The position numbers and the translations under genes are program-made. Shown piece by piece: positions 30,471 through 40,414 of a stretch of 64,000 nucleotides of DNA. A model generated the notes under the pieces. It had not been told where the DNA came from and searched no databases. It worked only from the letters and a program-made list of their open reading frames with translations. The first letter of the stretch is position 1; every line of letters begins with the position of its first letter. Source of the DNA: Patescibacteria group bacterium (GTDB lineage: Bacteria; Patescibacteriota; Microgenomatia; UBA8517); the NCBI GenBank assembly GCA_025999275.1, contig AP024680.1:684522-748521 (forward strand), read 5' to 3'.

Positions 30471-32086
30471 ATTTCCCTCTTCTTTAATAAAAGATTGTTT
30501 TAATTAATTTAATATAGGAGGAGTTGGTCCTGGAATAAAACCTCCTGGTGGTAGAGTTGGAGCTACGGGCACATCTGGAGGAAGAGTCGGTCTAGGAGTT
30601 GGTGTTGCTGGAGAAATTTCTTGGGGATTGGTTTCTCTCCAGTTGAACCTTCTTTCTTTAAGACTATTTGGTATTTGAAAAACAAAAGATGGATTAAAAT
30701 TAAACACCTCAGATGGGTTGTTGTTGTCTGTAAGAGATCTTTGTAGTCTCACTCCTGAAAGAGAAACTACAGAACCATTAACATTAAGGGCAAAAGTATC
30801 CTGTCTTGAACCTAAAGTGCCTGTATTAAATGTTCCATTGGTTAGATAAATTCCTGATATTGAAGAAACACTGGGGGAAATACTAATATTACCACTTGTT
30901 ATAAACATTAAGAAATTGTTGCTGTTAACATTAATATTTGAATTTATGTTCAAATTTCCATCTACGAAGATTACATACCTTCCGCTTGAGATATTTATAG
31001 GACCATTGATAGTTAGACTACCTTGATTTAGACTATTCTTTTTGATTAGATACCAAGAATAGTTGTCACTGGTTGATATTGAGGGATTACCAAGATTGCT
31101 AAGAGAAGTTATGGATATATTACCTGATGTTACACCTACATTATTATTTTCCCAATCATTTTTTACTCCTGATGGGACACGATTAAAGAAATAATTGTAA
31201 TTAAAATTACTAAAAGATGAAATATCAGTATTAACAAGCCAACCGGTTTCAGAGACTCTTCCAGCACCAAAAGAGAAAGATCCAGAATATACAGGAATAC
31301 CAGGGGTAATAGCTCCTACTCTAAGATTAAAGTAGGTAGTTTGAGTGGGCAAAATAGATGAAATATTACCTCTTGTTATTACATCAGCGTTGTTAACCTG
31401 CCACCAAGAGCGAGGAATTATAGTTACATTCCCAGTTGCTTGACAGGTAAAACTAGGATTGGATGAAACAGTAGCAATTGCATTATATGTATAAGTACCT
31501 GTACCAGTTGTTGCTGTAACAGTAGTTGTAAAAGGAGACGTGGAAGTTGTTGAGGGATTAAAGCTTAAAGCAGAAGAGTTGGAAGGAGTAAAAGATATTC
31601 TTGATATGTTCCCCACCAAATTAATTACTTGAGGAGGTGTCAAAATAGATGGCGTAATTGTTCTAGAATCACCTAATCCATTAAGGGTTATGCTACCAAC
31701 TGAAATTTGACAAGGTAAAAAGTAATGCCACCAAAGATCAGTATATCCATTAGCAGGAGAATTAACATTAACAGAAGAACCAACTGTAGGAGGATTACCA
31801 TGACAATTGGTGGCGTTATAACATAAAGTATAACCTACAGCATATCCTGAAGGAACTGAGACACTAACTGTATGATTTCCAACCACATTAGTACCAACAA
31901 AATAGTAAGGATTATTGGTATTAGGAGAACCGCCATCCAAATATACTGTTTGAGAGGAAGCCGGAGATGCAGCTGCATTACCAGGATAAATTACCTTGTA
32001 ACCTTGAATGGTTGATGTTGGAGGAGGAGGTGTAGGGTCTGGTTCTGGTTCTGGTGTGGGTTGGCTTCCGCCTCCCCCACCACCAC
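30471..32086. repeat. ~1.6-kb direct repeat, copy 2
   Basis: Matches 24715-26318. Confidence 0.95.
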
Positions 32087-32393
32087 TATACCTACTTTCA
32101 CAACTGGTATCGCATGCAAAAGTATGGGAATAATAACCTGGGCCCCCATTACAAAGCAAATAATGCTCGTAATAATTATAATAGGTTCTCCCATAACAAC
32201 CTTGGCCATTTTGATTGTTATAGCATACTTCTTCGGGTAATCTTGAACCGCAATATAGCATAGGATCTGATGTCCTCCAACAAGTCGCCCAGACATCTTT
32301 AATAGTCAAGAATGAAAAAGTAGCAAACAAAAACAAAATAAGATAAATTCTCAAAAACAAATTTGACAAAATTGTTTTTTCTTTGTATTTCAT
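30504..32393 (-). CDS. Secreted surface protein: different Cys/Tyr-rich tip on the same stalk
   Basis: C-terminal ~510 aa identical to 24748-26649; unrelated signal peptide and 7-Cys tip. Confidence 0.85.
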   Translation of the reverse strand: MKYKEKTILSNLFLRIYLILFLFATFSFLTIKDVWATCWRTSDPMLYCGSRLPEEVCYNNQNGQGCYGRTYYNYYEHYLLCNGGPGYYSHTFACDTSCESRYSGGGGGGSQPTPEPEPDPTPPPPTSTIQGYKVIYPGNAAASPASSQTVYLDGGSPNTNNPYYFVGTNVVGNHTVSVSVPSGYAVGYTLCYNATNCHGNPPTVGSSVNVNSPANGYTDLWWHYFLPCQISVGSITLNGLGDSRTITPSILTPPQVINLVGNISRISFTPSNSSALSFNPSTTSTSPFTTTVTATTGTGTYTYNAIATVSSNPSFTCQATGNVTIIPRSWWQVNNADVITRGNISSILPTQTTYFNLRVGAITPGIPVYSGSFSFGAGRVSETGWLVNTDISSFSNFNYNYFFNRVPSGVKNDWENNNVGVTSGNISITSLSNLGNPSISTSDNYSWYLIKKNSLNQGSLTINGPINISSGRYVIFVDGNLNINSNINVNSNNFLMFITSGNISISPSVSSISGIYLTNGTFNTGTLGSRQDTFALNVNGSVVSLSGVRLQRSLTDNNNPSEVFNFNPSFVFQIPNSLKERRFNWRETNPQEISPATPTPRPTLPPDVPVAPTLPPGGFIPGPTPPILN

Positions 32394-32402
32394 AATTTAT
32401 TA

Positions 32403-32972
32403 CTAAGGCAAACTAAGATAACAATCCCTGTTTATCTCCTCACAATTATTATCACCACAAAGACCAAAAAATAAAATGGGCTCGCCTAACGATCCTTGTA
32501 GATAGAGTTTAATTTTTGTAAATAGTTCAGATTTATTTATACTCGTTAAGTTTTCACTGGAACGAGATTTAAGTTTTATGTCTGAATCTGCACAGGTTAT
32601 TTTACTTTCAAACATTCTACCTTCCCATGAATTGGGCCAAACTACAATTAACCCAAGGGTTTCTTTTTCAGTATTTACTGACTCGACTTTAAAAACTGCA
32701 GAATTTACAGAAGGATTAAAATTAGTAGTCAACTCAGCTGGAAGCGGAAGTGGTTCTGCTGATGGTGTAGGTTCTTGGTTTGATAAAGCTACTTTATTAT
32801 TACTGCTACTACTATCAGGCTTTCTTAAAACTAAATTGGGAAAACCATTTAGACGAACAAAAAACAGTAATTCAACAACAATCACTAAAGCTAAGACAAC
32901 AAGCACACCTACCAAAATACCAGAAGTTTTACTCATCAATATCAGATTAGAAAAGAATTCCTTGTCTGTCAA
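32403..32972 (-). CDS. Membrane-anchored protein, diverged paralog of 24002-24544
   Basis: TM followed by the same 4-Cys domain pattern; start may be the ATG of MSKTSG. Confidence 0.75.
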   Translation of the reverse strand: MTDKEFFSNLILMSKTSGILVGVLVVLALVIVVELLFFVRLNGFPNLVLRKPDSSSSNNKVALSNQEPTPSAEPLPLPAELTTNFNPSVNSAVFKVESVNTEKETLGLIVVWPNSWEGRMFESKITCADSDIKLKSRSSENLTSINKSELFTKIKLYLQGSLGEPILFFGLCGDNNCEEINRDCYLSLP

Positions 32973-32981
32973 GAATGAATT

Positions 32982-34046
32982 TCACTTATTCTCAGAAAAA
33001 TTATTAGAAGAATCGGGAGAAAAAATAACACCACCAATTTGGTTTCCAACTCTCTTAAACGAGACGTAATTCAACAATGAGTAAAGATCTTCTCCTGACA
33101 TCCCAACTAAAAATGCCAAACTCTCATAAGAAGAATCAAAAGGGCCTTCAGGTTTAATTTGACTATTCGGATAAACTATAAAAACAAAATTATCGGGATA
33201 AACAGGATATTTTTTATTATCTTTTACACCACAAAAAAATGATAGAATAAAGTTGCCCAATTTCTCACCTTTTGGGTCATAAACGGTAATGGAAATGCCG
33301 CCTGTACGATCAGTTAAATTAGCACTAAACAAAAACTCAGATAAATAATAGCCAGTACCATTTTTATAATCTCTAGTTATATGTTGTTGCAACCATCTAT
33401 CATAAAAACTTATACTTGGAAAAGTTTCTAAAGGAGTTCCATCTACTTTAATGGCATATTCAACCAGCCTAGTAAAAGCCTCAACATAAGCCTCCATTTT
33501 ACCCTCCTCATCCAAAGTTTCCGAAATTAAAAAGGCCGGAAACTCTTTTCTTTGCAAAGCTCCATCCTCTTCTTCATAAACCACCTCTATAATTCCACCC
33601 TCCCAAGGTCTTTTAAATTCATTGCCATCATATACATACCATGCCCATTTTTCTTTGGTGTCATCACGATAGATAATTAGTTCAGGATTTATGGCACTGA
33701 TACTACCCTTCTTGAAGGTTCGTCCATCTTCTGCAGTGTAAGTTTCAGGAGCTAGTCGAAAACGCTCTTCAGGAGTAATTGAATGCCAATCTACAGGAGT
33801 TGGGGTTTCTGTTGGTGTAGGAGTTGGTGTTTCTGTAGGTTTAGCTGTTGGTGTAGGTGTTTCTGTAGGTGTAGGAGTATTGTTAGGTTTAGGTGTTTCA
33901 GTAGAAATAGGATCACCTGTTTCAGCTGTTGAAGAAATTGATTCTAATGATTTATCAAGACCACAGGAAGCAGCACCCAAAGCAAGAAGTCCTAATCCCG
34001 CTTTTTTCAAGAATTCTCTTCTACTAATTTTCCTTTCTGTACTCAC
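32982..34046 (-). CDS. Lipoprotein with twin-arginine-like signal; constant N-terminus, variable C-terminus
   Basis: SRREFLKKAGLGLLALGAASC, PT linker; first ~151 aa identical to 34344-35396. Confidence 0.82.
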   Translation of the reverse strand: MSTERKISRREFLKKAGLGLLALGAASCGLDKSLESISSTAETGDPISTETPKPNNTPTPTETPTPTAKPTETPTPTPTETPTPVDWHSITPEERFRLAPETYTAEDGRTFKKGSISAINPELIIYRDDTKEKWAWYVYDGNEFKRPWEGGIIEVVYEEEDGALQRKEFPAFLISETLDEEGKMEAYVEAFTRLVEYAIKVDGTPLETFPSISFYDRWLQQHITRDYKNGTGYYLSEFLFSANLTDRTGGISITVYDPKGEKLGNFILSFFCGVKDNKKYPVYPDNFVFIVYPNSQIKPEGPFDSSYESLAFLVGMSGEDLYSLLNYVSFKRVGNQIGGVIFSPDSSNNFSENK

Positions 34047-34085
34047 AGTAACTGGTATTATAGGCTACTTATTATATTGGGTCAA
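33595..34085 (-). repeat. Cassette copy 2, within a 468-bp repeat (offset 1350)
   Basis: 33595-34062 matches 34945-35412; TTGACC-17-TATAAT upstream of the GTG. Confidence 0.92.
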
Positions 34086-34343
34086 ATAGGTGTAAAATTA
34101 TACAAAATTTAACCAATTATTTTAAATTTGGCATAAAATTGCAAAATTTAAGGAAAGGATTAAATGAAATTATAAGAGAAATAATACTTTACTTTTTAAT
34201 ATTTGGAATACACAAAGTTTTTGACTATGATAAAAGTAAATTCTTGAATCAAAAACAAGTGGTATACAAAATCAATATGATAAATTAAGAAATCTTAAAA
34301 ATCATTTTTAATTTACAAAAACAAGACAATTGTCAATAAATTA

Positions 34344-35396
34344 CTAAGGTTTTGGTTGAGAATCTGAAGTAAAAGACTGCAACTCCAATGCACTTAAACC
34401 TATATAATCAATTAAAGACTCAAGGTCTTTTCCTGAAACACCAACTAAGAAAGCTACGTCTAAATCAGAAGGAAGAAATTCTCCTTCTCCCCCTCTCAAC
34501 CAGTAACTACCATTGGGATAATAAATACGTACAAACTTATAAGGGTACACAGGGTTTAGATTGTTTTCTGACACACCGTGAGACATAAGAAGAATAAATT
34601 TCCCCACCTTCTCTCCATGAAAAGAAACAGTAAATGAAGATCCAATTATCAAATCTAATGGTGGATGATTAACAAAGTTTTCAGGACCCAATCTACCATC
34701 TTTAACAAAAGAATCTAAGTTGGATTTTTTCGTAAGAAAATTATTATTAAAATCAAGAGAATCTTTGAAAAAAAGTGGGGTATGACTTTTATTAACCCCA
34801 TATTCGATAAGTTTTATTAGAGCCTCAATTGTCGCTTGTTTTTTCTCATCATCACTAGCATCATCTTGTAGATAAACCATAAAAGCAGGACCTTCTAGTC
34901 TTTCCAAAGTTCCATCACCTCTACGAAAAACCATTTCTAAAACCCCACCCTCCCAAGGTCTTTTAAATTCATTGCCATCATATACATACCATGCCCATTT
35001 TTCTTTGGTGTCATCACGATAGATAATTAGTTCAGGATTTATGGCACTGATACTACCCTTCTTGAAGGTTCGTCCATCTTCTGCAGTGTAAGTTTCAGGA
35101 GCTAGTCGAAAACGCTCTTCAGGAGTAATTGAATGCCAATCTACAGGAGTTGGGGTTTCTGTTGGTGTAGGAGTTGGTGTTTCTGTAGGTTTAGCTGTTG
35201 GTGTAGGTGTTTCTGTAGGTGTAGGAGTATTGTTAGGTTTAGGTGTTTCAGTAGAAATAGGATCACCTGTTTCAGCTGTTGAAGAAATTGATTCTAATGA
35301 TTTATCAAGACCACAGGAAGCAGCACCCAAAGCAAGAAGTCCTAATCCCGCTTTTTTCAAGAATTCTCTTCTACTAATTTTCCTTTCTGTACTCAC
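34344..35396 (-). CDS. Lipoprotein paralog with diverged C-terminal half
   Basis: Identical to 32982-34046 up to RPWEGG, then only weakly similar (PVYP..FV.I.YPN, AFLVG.SG.DL.SL). Confidence 0.82.
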   Translation of the reverse strand: MSTERKISRREFLKKAGLGLLALGAASCGLDKSLESISSTAETGDPISTETPKPNNTPTPTETPTPTAKPTETPTPTPTETPTPVDWHSITPEERFRLAPETYTAEDGRTFKKGSISAINPELIIYRDDTKEKWAWYVYDGNEFKRPWEGGVLEMVFRRGDGTLERLEGPAFMVYLQDDASDDEKKQATIEALIKLIEYGVNKSHTPLFFKDSLDFNNNFLTKKSNLDSFVKDGRLGPENFVNHPPLDLIIGSSFTVSFHGEKVGKFILLMSHGVSENNLNPVYPYKFVRIYYPNGSYWLRGGEGEFLPSDLDVAFLVGVSGKDLESLIDYIGLSALELQSFTSDSQPKP

Positions 35397-35435
35397 AGTA
35401 ACTGGTATTATAAGATATTTATTATACTAGGTCAA
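34945..35435 (-). repeat. Cassette copy 3
   Basis: Matches 33595-34062; TTGACC-17-TATAAT upstream of the GTG. Confidence 0.92.
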
Positions 35436-35507
35436 GTAAAAATAAGACAAATAAACCCATACCCGCTTAAAATTACAAATACACAGGGTCAAAAGACAAC
35501 TTGAAAA

Positions 35508-35790
35508 GACACCTTGAGGGTGTACTAGCTTGGCACCTAACTGATTAACTCAAAAGTCAAAAGGCAAAACTCAAAATTACAATTCAAAATTTAAAAATAT
35601 TTAATTAAATTTAATTAAGGAAAACTTTTGACTTTTAACTTGTAGTTTTGACTTTTGAATTTTAACTTTTGAATTATTTTTATTCATAAATTATAAATCT
35701 TAAACCTATATTCCTTTCCCCTTCCTATCAGCACTGGCTACTGTTTTTAAAGTTTAGATATTAGAGGTTAGAATTTAGGATTTTAACTTC
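35508..35790. repeat. Partial copy of the composite element at 52175-52704
   Basis: gacaccttgagggtgtactagcttggcacctaactgattaactcaaaagtcaaaaggcaaaactcaaaa is near-identical to 52218 onward; internal tcaaaagtcaaaa/ttttgacttttga inverted repeat. Confidence 0.85.
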
Positions 35791-35791
35791 C

Positions 35792-36022
35792 CTATTCCTG
35801 ATTACTTTGAATTCCAAGAAGCCAAAGAACCGCTTCTTTTTTGTAGCGGCGGTCACCACGAGAGTTGATACGAATTGCAGGAAGCTTGCCCCTTTTGCCC
35901 CAGCGTTTGATAGTCAAAGGAGAAACCCTAAGAAGATCAGCCACCTCACGAACTGTTAGAAGATCAGGTAAATCCTCAAGCTTTATTTTTTTCTTTTTCC
36001 TTGGCGCTTTATCTTCAGGCAT
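35792..36022 (-). CDS. Excisionase/MerR-like HTH DNA-binding protein
   Basis: LLTVREVADLLRVSPLTIKRWGKRGKLPAIRINSRGDRRY. Confidence 0.88.
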   Translation of the reverse strand: MPEDKAPRKKKKIKLEDLPDLLTVREVADLLRVSPLTIKRWGKRGKLPAIRINSRGDRRYKKEAVLWLLGIQSNQE

Positions 36023-36121
36023 TTTTGATATATTTTTAACCCTTAGATTATACTTTTATATAATCTCAAGGCTAAAGCCTAACTTTAGTTAATCAGACAA
36101 TATCAAAGTCAAACATTCCTG

Positions 36122-37021
36122 TCAAGAGCCTTTTTTAAATTTATAGATAGAAACTTTAACTGGAAAAACAAAAACTGCCCTAAAAATGCGACCAAGCCTC
36201 TTTGGCTGAACCAAAAGCCGCCAAAGCCATTCTAAGCCTGCTTTTTCCAAAAAACGAGGAGGATACTTCAGTCTTCCTGAAACATAATCAAAAGTTCCAC
36301 CCACCACCATCATTCCACCCACATCAAGCTTGTCTTTGTTTCTCCAAATCCACTTTTCCTGCTTTGGAGCACCAAACCCAACAAAAACAAGGTGAGGCCT
36401 AATTTTATTAATAGAATTTATTATTTCCTTCTCCTTTAATCTTTCCTTATCATCAAAAGGCTTGCCTTCCCTGTCAAGACGCGGCCCGCTAAAAGCAAAA
36501 ATATTAACCTTTTTATAATTACCTTTCAAAGCGCCAGCTGCTTTTTGAGCGCTTTGCTTATCATCGCCAATTAAAACAACTCTAAATTTCTTCTTATTTG
36601 CCAAGAAAATTAAATCCTCAAAAAGCCGCCGACCCTTTATTACATTCAAACCAGAAAAAAGCTTATCCTTACTAAACAATGTCAAAAAGAAAACTTTAAG
36701 CCATCCAAAAATCAAAGCCAAAAACCTAAGTGGCAAAAAAGAATAATTAGGCAAAGAGAGAAAGAGGTTAGATTGAGCAAGACCAATACCATCAGGAATA
36801 GCAAAATCAGCAGAATTTAAAATCAAAGCCAATTCCCTATCTTTCTGAGCCTCAAGAACTATCTCTGGGTTAGGAGTAACTATATAAAAAGGCTTGAAAA
36901 TAGGCGATTTAGCCTCAAAAAGAGCCAATTTAACCCTAACCTCTCTTAGCACTCTATTCCTTGAAATGCTATCTAAGGCTATATCTAATATTTTGGCCTG
37001 TTTTTGGTCTTTTTCTATCAT
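36122..37021 (-). CDS. WecB/TagA/CpsF family glycosyltransferase
   Basis: IVTPNPE, IPDGIG, VFVGFGAPKQEKW, VGGTFD, GLEWLWRL. Confidence 0.92.
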   Translation of the reverse strand: MIEKDQKQAKILDIALDSISRNRVLREVRVKLALFEAKSPIFKPFYIVTPNPEIVLEAQKDRELALILNSADFAIPDGIGLAQSNLFLSLPNYSFLPLRFLALIFGWLKVFFLTLFSKDKLFSGLNVIKGRRLFEDLIFLANKKKFRVVLIGDDKQSAQKAAGALKGNYKKVNIFAFSGPRLDREGKPFDDKERLKEKEIINSINKIRPHLVFVGFGAPKQEKWIWRNKDKLDVGGMMVVGGTFDYVSGRLKYPPRFLEKAGLEWLWRLLVQPKRLGRIFRAVFVFPVKVSIYKFKKGS

Positions 37022-37496
37022 AAATTTTCAAATTTTCTTCATTTTTTAGCGGCTCAAACTCACCCAAAAACTTTTTTAGCATTAAAAACAACATTTTAAT
37101 CTCAAACTATAGGTAAATTTTACAATTTTTATAAATTCCCCTAACAATTTTTGCTTAATAGTCTTAAAGATTATCTGCGAAATCACTTTTTGCCACCCTA
37201 GTCAAAATGCTTAAATTACTATAGGTAATATACCTAAATCTTATCTCGTAAAAAAACTAAAATTATGAACAAAAAAATTTCTCAAAATTCAGGCTTCATT
37301 TTTAAACACTTATCCTCAATGTATCCGCAAAAAATTATTAAAATGATATTGACTACTATATCTCTTTATTCCTCATTTCCGTTCCTATACTACAAAGCGT
37401 TTTTTTAACGCAAAAATTACCGCTTTGTCTTATATAGAAACCTAAAAAGTAACCTTTTAAAGAACCTATAAATTTTATTATAAAGATAAATTAGCC

Positions 37497-38510
37497 TTAC
37501 CTTTTGGTTGTTACACTTCTTTTCCAAAGTTCAATATTTTCAAGCACCAAACCAGTCCCTTTAACTACACAAAGCTTGGGATCATCAGCTACATGAGCCG
37601 GAACACCAGTTTCCATAGTTAAATACTTGTCCAAATTCTTGAGAAGGCTGCTTCCCCCACTCATAATTATACCTTTGTCTATAATGTCAGCTGCTAACTC
37701 AGGAGGTGTATCTTCAAGCACGGCCTTAACAGCACCAACAATTTGGTTAACAGGCCCTCTTATCGCATCGCAAATCTCTTTGGAAGATAAAACCACACTC
37801 CTTGGCAAGCCAAAAACAAGGTCGCGGCCGGAAACCTCAAGTTTTTCTTCCTTCACATCTTTAGTAGCCGAACCAATTTTAATTTTTATGTCTTCTGCCG
37901 TTTGGTCTCCAATTATCAGATTGTATTTTTTTCTAAGATAATCTTGAATTGCCTCATCAATTTTGTTACCAGCAACACGCACGCTCTTGCTAACCACAAC
38001 CCCACCAAGCGAAATCACTGCCGCCTCCGTCGCCCCTCCGCCTATATCAACAATCATATGACCCGAGGGGGCAGAAACCGGAATTCCAGCCCCAATTGCA
38101 GCAGCCAAAGGCTCATCAATCAAAAAAGCATGAGCTGCACCAGCTGAAAGAGTAGCGTCAAGAGCGGCTCGTCTTTCAACTTGAGTACAGCCGGCAGGCA
38201 CACAAACCATCACATCGGGCTTGAAAAAAAGAAATCTGCCGCTAACCTTCTGAATAAAATAACGAAGCATTGCCTCCGTAATCTGATAGTCAGCAATCAC
38301 ACCATCTCGCATTGGTCGAGAAGCAATCAAGCTTTCAGGAGTCCGCCCCAGCATCTTCTTTGCCTCTTCCCCAACAGCCACAACTTGATTATCTTCAGCT
38401 GAAACAGCAACTACTGTAGGTTCATTGGCAACTATTCCCTCCCCTGCAAGCCAGACTAGTGTGTTTGCCGTCCCCAAATCGATTGCAATCTTCTTTCTAA
38501 TTTCTATCAT
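37497..38510 (-). CDS. mreB: Rod shape-determining protein MreB
   Basis: IDLGTANT, RPMRDGVIAD, VDIGGG, TPPELAADI, GGSSLL. Confidence 0.97.
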   Translation of the reverse strand: MIEIRKKIAIDLGTANTLVWLAGEGIVANEPTVVAVSAEDNQVVAVGEEAKKMLGRTPESLIASRPMRDGVIADYQITEAMLRYFIQKVSGRFLFFKPDVMVCVPAGCTQVERRAALDATLSAGAAHAFLIDEPLAAAIGAGIPVSAPSGHMIVDIGGGATEAAVISLGGVVVSKSVRVAGNKIDEAIQDYLRKKYNLIIGDQTAEDIKIKIGSATKDVKEEKLEVSGRDLVFGLPRSVVLSSKEICDAIRGPVNQIVGAVKAVLEDTPPELAADIIDKGIIMSGGSSLLKNLDKYLTMETGVPAHVADDPKLCVVKGTGLVLENIELWKRSVTTKR

Positions 38511-38616
38511 ATATTTTGATATAAAAAATAAGTATTTTGATATAAATCAACTAAAGAAAACTAACAAACATTGTAGAAAAAAAAGAAGACAACTACAAGA
38601 AGAAAATGGTAAAAAG

Positions 38617-38765
38617 ACATCGGACATCGGACATCAGCTATCAGTCATCAGTCATCAGATATCAGATATCAGAGATCAGTTATCGGTCAGAGCTGGTCGG
38701 AGTTGGTCAGAGTTAGTCCCAGCCTACGGCGGGGTTAGTCGGAGTTAGTCGAAATTAGTCAAAGT
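38617..38765. repeat. Heptamer (atcagNt/atcggac) array followed by a decamer (ggagttRgtc) array
   Basis: Visible periodicity; decamers are reverse complements of those at 52462-52565; embedded cccagcctacggcggg mini-hairpin. Confidence 0.8.
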
Positions 38766-38919
38766 TGGTACTTTTGTATATCTAACTAACCGCAGGATCG
38801 TATACTATAAGTAATAACTTTTAGCTTTGAATTAACTTTTAGAGATTAAGATTTGGATTTTAATCTTATTCTTGGAGCCTATTTATCTTATTCCCCACAT
38901 CTAGGTAATTCTTCCAGTT

Positions 38920-38995
38920 TGGTGCCGGTGGGGGGAGTTGAACCCTCAACCTTTCCCTTAGGACGGGACTGCTCTATCCTTTGAGCTACACCGGC
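38920..38995 (-). tRNA. tRNA-Arg(CCT)
   Basis: Reverse complement GCCGGTG...TCCC-GTCCTAA-GGGA...GGTTCAACTCC..CACCGGC-A-CCA. Confidence 0.9.
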
Positions 38996-39021
38996 TTGAA
39001 TTTACATTCTATCAAAAACGA

Positions 39022-39711
39022 TCACTTTCCCTCAACCACAACCACAATTTCCCCCTTCAAATGAGGAACAGCCTTAATTTTTTCAATAACTGACTTGAGA
39101 TCTCCGCGATAAATGCTTTCATAAACTTTAGTTAATTCCCTACCAACAAAAACTCTTCTACCACCATCAAAAACCTCAAGCAACCAAGTAAGAGTCTTCA
39201 AAATCCGATTTGGTGACTCATAAAAAGCAAAGGTAAAACCTCCTTCAGAAAGCCATTTAATAAGTTTTTCTCTACCCTTTTTGGGCAAAAAACCCAAAAA
39301 TACAAATTTATCAGCTCGAAATCCGCAAACAGAAAGGGCTGATGTTAAAGCAGAAGGACCCGGCACCGGCACAATCTTCAAAGATTCTGTGTTTAATGGG
39401 TAATTTGATAACAAAAAATCAATAAGCTCGCCCCCCGGATCAGAAATTCCAGGAGTTCCAGCGTCTGTCACCAAAGCCAAATCTTTACCTTCTAGTAATA
39501 GTTTTAATATCTCAAGTTTCCTTTCTTGGCTGCTATGCTGATGGTAGCTCAAAATATTCTTTTTTATATCGTAATGATTCAAAATCTTTGAGGCTACCCG
39601 GGTATCTTCGGCTAAAATCAGATCCACCTCCTTTAATACCCTTAAAGCCCTCAAAGTGATATCTTCAAGATTACCAATTGGGGTCGCAACCACATAAAGA
39701 GTTCTCGACAT
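39022..39711 (-). CDS. rsmI: 16S rRNA C1402 2'-O-methyltransferase RsmI
   Basis: LYVVATPIGNLEDITLRAL, AEDTR, DAGTPGISDPG, YESPNR, RELTK. Confidence 0.97.
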   Translation of the reverse strand: MSRTLYVVATPIGNLEDITLRALRVLKEVDLILAEDTRVASKILNHYDIKKNILSYHQHSSQERKLEILKLLLEGKDLALVTDAGTPGISDPGGELIDFLLSNYPLNTESLKIVPVPGPSALTSALSVCGFRADKFVFLGFLPKKGREKLIKWLSEGGFTFAFYESPNRILKTLTWLLEVFDGGRRVFVGRELTKVYESIYRGDLKSVIEKIKAVPHLKGEIVVVVEGK

Positions 39712-39756
39712 AATTAAGATTATAACAACAAATAGTGGAAAGTAGAAAGCATTATT

Positions 39757-39777
39757 GAACAGGGTCCGACCCTGTCC
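39757..39777. repeat. REP variant downstream of ndk
   Basis: GAACAGGG-TCCGA-CCCTGTCC. Confidence 0.75.
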
Positions 39778-39781
39778 AAAA

Positions 39782-40258
39782 CTATTCCTCTACTTCATCT
39801 CTTGAATAAATAAGGCACTCTGAAGCGCTGATGTAATCAAAAATCTCATCGTCTGAGAATATTAGTGTTTTTTCCTTCTGGGCCGCCTCAGCTGAATCTG
39901 AAGCATGAATAAGATTCTGGCTTCCACTCATACCAAAATCACCCCTGATTGAACCTGCCTCAGCTTCCCTACCCTTGGTTGTACCAACAATCTTTCTTAC
40001 CGTTGCTATAGCATCTAAGCCCTCCCAAACCATAGCCACAATTGGAGTCCACTCCATAAAATTCTTTAAGGTTGGAAAAAAGGACTTGTCTTTATGGTGA
40101 GCGTACCACTCGTCAATTATCTCATCTGTAAGTTTAAGCATCTTAATTCCAACAAGCTTTAAACCTTTTCTATCAAAGCGATGAATAATTTCCCCCGTTA
40201 AGCCGCGCTGAAGAGCATCCGGCTTAATTAAGACTACTGTTTGTTCCATTTTAGACAT
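39782..40258 (-). CDS. ndk: Nucleoside diphosphate kinase
   Basis: EQTVVLIKPDA, GSIRGDF, NLIHASDS. Confidence 0.96.
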   Translation of the reverse strand: MSKMEQTVVLIKPDALQRGLTGEIIHRFDRKGLKLVGIKMLKLTDEIIDEWYAHHKDKSFFPTLKNFMEWTPIVAMVWEGLDAIATVRKIVGTTKGREAEAGSIRGDFGMSGSQNLIHASDSAEAAQKEKTLIFSDDEIFDYISASECLIYSRDEVEE

Positions 40259-40414
40259 AATATTCAAGTCAAAAGTCAAAAGTTAAAAGTTAAAATTCAA
40301 AAGTCAAAATCACAAATAAATTATCAAACATTAAAGTAAAATGGTCAAGGGCAAATTAAAATTGCTTATAATACATTGGCTTTTGAAACCTAAAAATAAT
40401 ATAATAAGTTCACA

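Noticed and set aside
24715-35412. Diversity-generating retroelement behind the near-identical repeats
   Set aside because: No reverse transcriptase seen and no adenine-specific mismatches; differences are block replacements
35792-36022. Excisionase marking an integrated element
   Set aside because: Stand-alone HTH among housekeeping genes; no integrase or att pair seen
37022-37496. Replication origin in the AT-rich gap before mreB
   Set aside because: Only weak DnaA-box-like matches (e.g. ttatcctca) and no dnaA/dnaN nearby
38425-38748. 107-aa ORF, and the similar 46970-47179 ORF
   Set aside because: Translations of heptamer repeats or antisense overlaps, not credible proteins
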